Program-made: the position numbers and the translations under genes | Notes under the pieces: generated by a model | Seen by the model: the letters and a program-made list of their open reading frames with translations, nothing else | What the model was told of the DNA's origin: nothing | Database searches by the model: none | In this document: in pieces, positions 61,442 to 64,000 of the stretch | Position numbering within the stretch: position 1 is the first letter of the stretch | Layout: every line of letters starts with the position of its first letter | Assembly (NCBI GenBank): GCA_964458565.1 | Contig: CAYWJO010000007.1 | Location: 37,154 to 101,153 of the forward strand | Length of the DNA: 64,000 nucleotides | From: an uncultured archaeon | GTDB lineage: Archaea; Asgardarchaeota; Thorarchaeia; Thorarchaeales; Thorarchaeaceae | Direction: 5' to 3'

Positions 61442-63150
61442 AAAACAGACAGGTCTCACAAGCACTGAAAGAACTCGCTCTATTAATTCAAATTGAAGGT
61501 ACAGAAGAATACAAAGCTAGAGCGTATTTTAGAGCTGTGCGATCTGTCGGTTCTTACGGTGAAGATATCGAGGCTGTTGCAAGACATGGTGAACTAACGA
61601 ATATCCCTGGAGTAGGTAAAGCAATCGCGGAAAAAATCGAAGCCTTCTTGGCTTCTGGATCAATTCCGCTTCTTGATGAACTCCGGAAAAAAGTACCTGT
61701 AAAAGTAATGGAGCTTGAAGCGATTCCAGGAGTAGGTCCCAAGACTATCAAATTGATTTATGAAAAATTGGGCGTGACAGACCTTGTATCATTAGAAAAG
61801 GCTGCTCAAGATGGACTATTGGAAGATTTACCCGGAATGGGGACAAAGACACAGCTTCAGATCATTGAAGGTATCGAACTTCTCAAAGCAGGACTTGGTC
61901 GTACCCTTCTCGCTGATGCTATGGAAATAGCTGAAAGTCTGAGAAAAAGAATTGAAGCGCATCCAACTGTAAATCAAATAGTAATTACTGGTTCATTTCG
62001 CAGAAGACGTGAAACAGTTAGAGACATAGACATTCTTGTTGATGCACCAGATGCTGTATCCGTAATGGAGGCTTTTACTAATTTTGAGGGTGTTATTGAA
62101 ATCATTGGCAAGGGTGATACTAAATCGTCAATACGTCTTGAGAATCTCATGCAGGTTGACCTTCGGATAATTCCAACCGAGAGTTTTGGGGCGGGAATGC
62201 AATACTTCACCGGTAGTGTTGATCATAATGTTCATCTTCGGGGTATTGCTCGCCAAAAAGGATTGAAGCTGAATGAGTATGGTCTCTATAAAGATGAAAC
62301 GAAAATTGCAGGTGAAAACGAAGAACAAATTTACGAAAAACTCGGTCTAAAGTGGATTTTCCCTGAATTGCGAGAGGATCGTGGAGAGATAGAGGCTGCA
62401 CAAAATGGTACGTTACCTAACCTGATTTCACTTGATGATATCAAGGGCGATTTACATAGCCACACTGACCAATCAGATGGCACCAATACCATCGAAGAGA
62501 TGCTTGGTGCGGCTGCTGAAAAGGGGTATGAGTATTTTTGCGTGTCAGACCATACACAGAGCCTCACAATTGCAAACGGAATGGATGAAACACGACTTCT
62601 GAGAAGAATTGATGAGATTGATGACCTGAATGCTGCAGGTCGCTGGAAAATGAAAATACTCAAGGGGGCTGAAGTTGACATTCTTGCTGATGGAGATCTT
62701 GATATCAGAGATGATGTACTCAGTCAGCTTGATTTTGTTACAGTTTCTATCCACAGTCGAATGAAGGACGATAAGAAAAAGATGACAGGGCGTGTCTGTC
62801 ATGCTTTAGAGAACAAGTATGTCCACCTACTAGGTCATCCCACTGGGAGACTTCTCCTCAAGAGACCGGAATTCGAGATTGACTTAGAAGCGGTTTTTGA
62901 AACAGCTAAGAAAAACAATGTGGCCATGGAGTTGAATGCACATCCCAAGCGCCTTGATCTAAATTCAGGTAATCTGCGTGCAGCAACAAGGCTTGGCATC
63001 AAGATATCAATCAACACAGATGCACACCGAATAGCTGAGTTAGACAATATGCAATTCGGAATCTATGAAGCGCGTCGTGGATGGTTAGAGAAGTTTCATG
63101 TGTTGAATACTTATTCATTGAAAGATCTTCAACGCCTTCTCAAGAAGTAG
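61438..63150 (+). CDS. polX: family X DNA polymerase with a C-terminal PHP domain
   Basis: HhH motifs IPGVGKAIAEKI and IPGVGPKTI, nucleotidyltransferase GSFRRRRETVRDIDILV, and PHP DLHSHTDQSDG...VSDH. The probable TTG start at 61438 overlaps the upstream TGA as TTGA. Confidence 0.9.
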   Translation: MKNRQVSQALKELALLIQIEGTEEYKARAYFRAVRSVGSYGEDIEAVARHGELTNIPGVGKAIAEKIEAFLASGSIPLLDELRKKVPVKVMELEAIPGVGPKTIKLIYEKLGVTDLVSLEKAAQDGLLEDLPGMGTKTQLQIIEGIELLKAGLGRTLLADAMEIAESLRKRIEAHPTVNQIVITGSFRRRRETVRDIDILVDAPDAVSVMEAFTNFEGVIEIIGKGDTKSSIRLENLMQVDLRIIPTESFGAGMQYFTGSVDHNVHLRGIARQKGLKLNEYGLYKDETKIAGENEEQIYEKLGLKWIFPELREDRGEIEAAQNGTLPNLISLDDIKGDLHSHTDQSDGTNTIEEMLGAAAEKGYEYFCVSDHTQSLTIANGMDETRLLRRIDEIDDLNAAGRWKMKILKGAEVDILADGDLDIRDDVLSQLDFVTVSIHSRMKDDKKKMTGRVCHALENKYVHLLGHPTGRLLLKRPEFEIDLEAVFETAKKNNVAMELNAHPKRLDLNSGNLRAATRLGIKISINTDAHRIAELDNMQFGIYEARRGWLEKFHVLNTYSLKDLQRLLKK

Positions 63151-63303
63151 ATTTGGCTCTTTTTTTAGGACCTTATTAGCAATCATGTAGACGATACGAG
63201 ACGGAAACAGAGAGAGGTGCAATTCATGGAAAATCAGCCAAAATAGCTATGAAACTAGTCACAATTTGTGACCCTCAAGAGTGACCCTAAACTGTGGCTT
63301 CGC

Positions 63304-63311
63304 TATATATA
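63304..63311 (+). promoter_or_regulatory. TATA-like box upstream of the micro-ORF cluster
   Basis: tatatata ends 33 nt upstream of the ATG at 63344, consistent with a near-leaderless archaeal transcript. Confidence 0.35.
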
Positions 63312-63343
63312 CTAAATCTGAGTAGTAATTCTTGTGAAATATA

Positions 63344-63454
63344 ATGGCTCTGACGACTAATTCCCGGAACAAATCTGTGCTGAAGAACAAGAGAATCACA
63401 AGAGCTCCATCAACGGATGCTATTGTGTTCGCCTACATGATTGCTCGGAGGTGA
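63344..63454 (+). CDS. micro-ORF 1 (36 aa, basic)
   Basis: MALTTNSRNKSVLKNKRITRAPSTDAIVFAYMIARR-stop. Its last codons (cgg agg tga) form GGAGGTGAT, a strong Shine-Dalgarno 7 nt before the next ATG. Confidence 0.3.
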   Translation: MALTTNSRNKSVLKNKRITRAPSTDAIVFAYMIARR

Positions 63455-63462
63455 TACCTACA

Positions 63463-63558
63463 ATGGCGATTGCTAAGAATGAGAAAACATCAAACACCAA
63501 GTACAAGGCTCGAATCACAACCGAGGCTATCACACATGCCTACACTTATCGGAGGTAG
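63463..63558 (+). CDS. micro-ORF 2 (31 aa, basic; paralogous to micro-ORF 1)
   Basis: MAIAKNEKTSNTKYKARITTEAITHAYTYRR-stop. It shares K.K.RIT...AI..AY...RR with ORF 1, and shares DNA blocks (gaatcacaa, gctat, gcctaca, tcggaggt). It ends in cgg agg tag, again giving GGAGGT before the next start. Confidence 0.3.
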   Translation: MAIAKNEKTSNTKYKARITTEAITHAYTYRR

Positions 63559-63564
63559 AATTCT

Positions 63565-63684
63565 GTGAATACCGACGTTCGTGACTCGTCAAGCATCCAT
63601 CTCGATTCGGATGCATCCGAAAAGAACACCAGAGAGAGTGGCGCACTAACTCTGGCTGAAGTGCTCGCGTTAGAAGCTACGTGA
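63565..63684 (+). CDS. micro-ORF 3 (39 aa, acidic, GTG start)
   Basis: VNTDVRDSSSIHLDSDASEKNTRESGALTLAEVLALEAT-stop, followed by a T7 tract. Confidence 0.25.
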   Translation: MNTDVRDSSSIHLDSDASEKNTRESGALTLAEVLALEAT

Positions 63685-63693
63685 GCACATGAC

Positions 63694-63700
63694 TTTTTTT
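63694..63700 (+). terminator. oligo-T (T7) tract after the micro-ORF cluster
   Basis: ttttttt lies 10 nt after the stop of micro-ORF 3. Oligo-T tracts act as archaeal terminators. Confidence 0.35.
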
Positions 63701-64000
63701 GCACCAGCATCTTAATTCAGTTTCATTATCAATTCGGAACCATCAAGTTCTAACCTTCACGCTTATCTTCTGCTTTTCTGAGCCTATCAATAACATCAAC
63801 TATGTTCTGTGAGCCCTCTAAGAAATCCAAGAAATCGAGTACTCTTGGCATGAAATCAAGAAAGCAGCAGTCTTTTCTGAATAATCCTGAATTTTCACAA
63901 ATATCTCCTATTCATTTGCACTCGTGATACCCTTTGTATCTAAGCTTGTAGGGATTATCGAAAATATATTTTGTTAAGGATAGAATCAGAAGTCATGAAA

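Noticed and set aside
63750-63851. 33-aa minus-strand ORF (MPRVLDFLDFLEGSQNIVDVIDRLRKAEDKREG)
   Set aside because: It is plausible as a small helical protein, but nothing supports it beyond being open. It is too close to the window end to judge context.

Overview
This window looks like 64 kb of archaeal chromosome with moderate-to-low GC. About 65 protein genes are densely packed on both strands, with three tRNA genes and no rRNA or CRISPR array.

**Why archaeal:** all three tRNAs carry insertions. tRNA-Thr(GGU) has a canonical anticodon-loop intron, tRNA-Ile(GAU) has a D-arm insertion, and tRNA-Pro(UGG) appears to have two non-canonical insertions. The window also holds an SRP19-Gar1 gene pair, Trm1, RlmE, a Lrp/AsnC regulator, TATA-like boxes about 30 nt upstream of starts, and oligo-T terminators. 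One actin-family gene aligns very closely to eukaryotic actin, which suggests an Asgard-type archaeon. That lineage call is inference only.

**Housekeeping content:**
- 2-oxoacid:ferredoxin oxidoreductase beta and gamma subunits
- PyrB, dCMP deaminase and a cyclophilin
- membrane H+/Na+ pyrophosphatase and AMP-forming acetyl-CoA synthetase
- PolX
- pterin-pathway-like genes
- many regulators (TetR, PadR, Lrp, XRE-like)

**Accessory or unusual content, in window order:**
1. A roughly 1000-aa secreted lipase with TSP3-like calcium-binding repeats.
2. An AT-rich islet next to tRNA-Pro. It holds a three-gene VapC cassette and an N-terminally short TnpB-like protein whose RuvC-II glutamate seems to be lost.
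3. A miniaturised actin-family protein that lacks subdomain 4.
4. A Pat-type GNAT fused to a CoA-transferase, lying divergent from an MFS transporter-Acs pair.
5. A 700-aa protein with a roadblock/longin-like N-terminal domain and a long helical body.
6. A split and permuted PEP-utilising phosphotransferase pair, flanked by Fe-S proteins and two unknown proteins.
7. An NB-ARC-like STAND ATPase with a membrane-associated N-terminus.
8. Three tandem micro-ORFs in the otherwise non-coding last 850 nt.

Everything was read and folded by eye, with no searches or computations. Family names rest on recognised motifs. Start codons are often uncertain by tens of bases.
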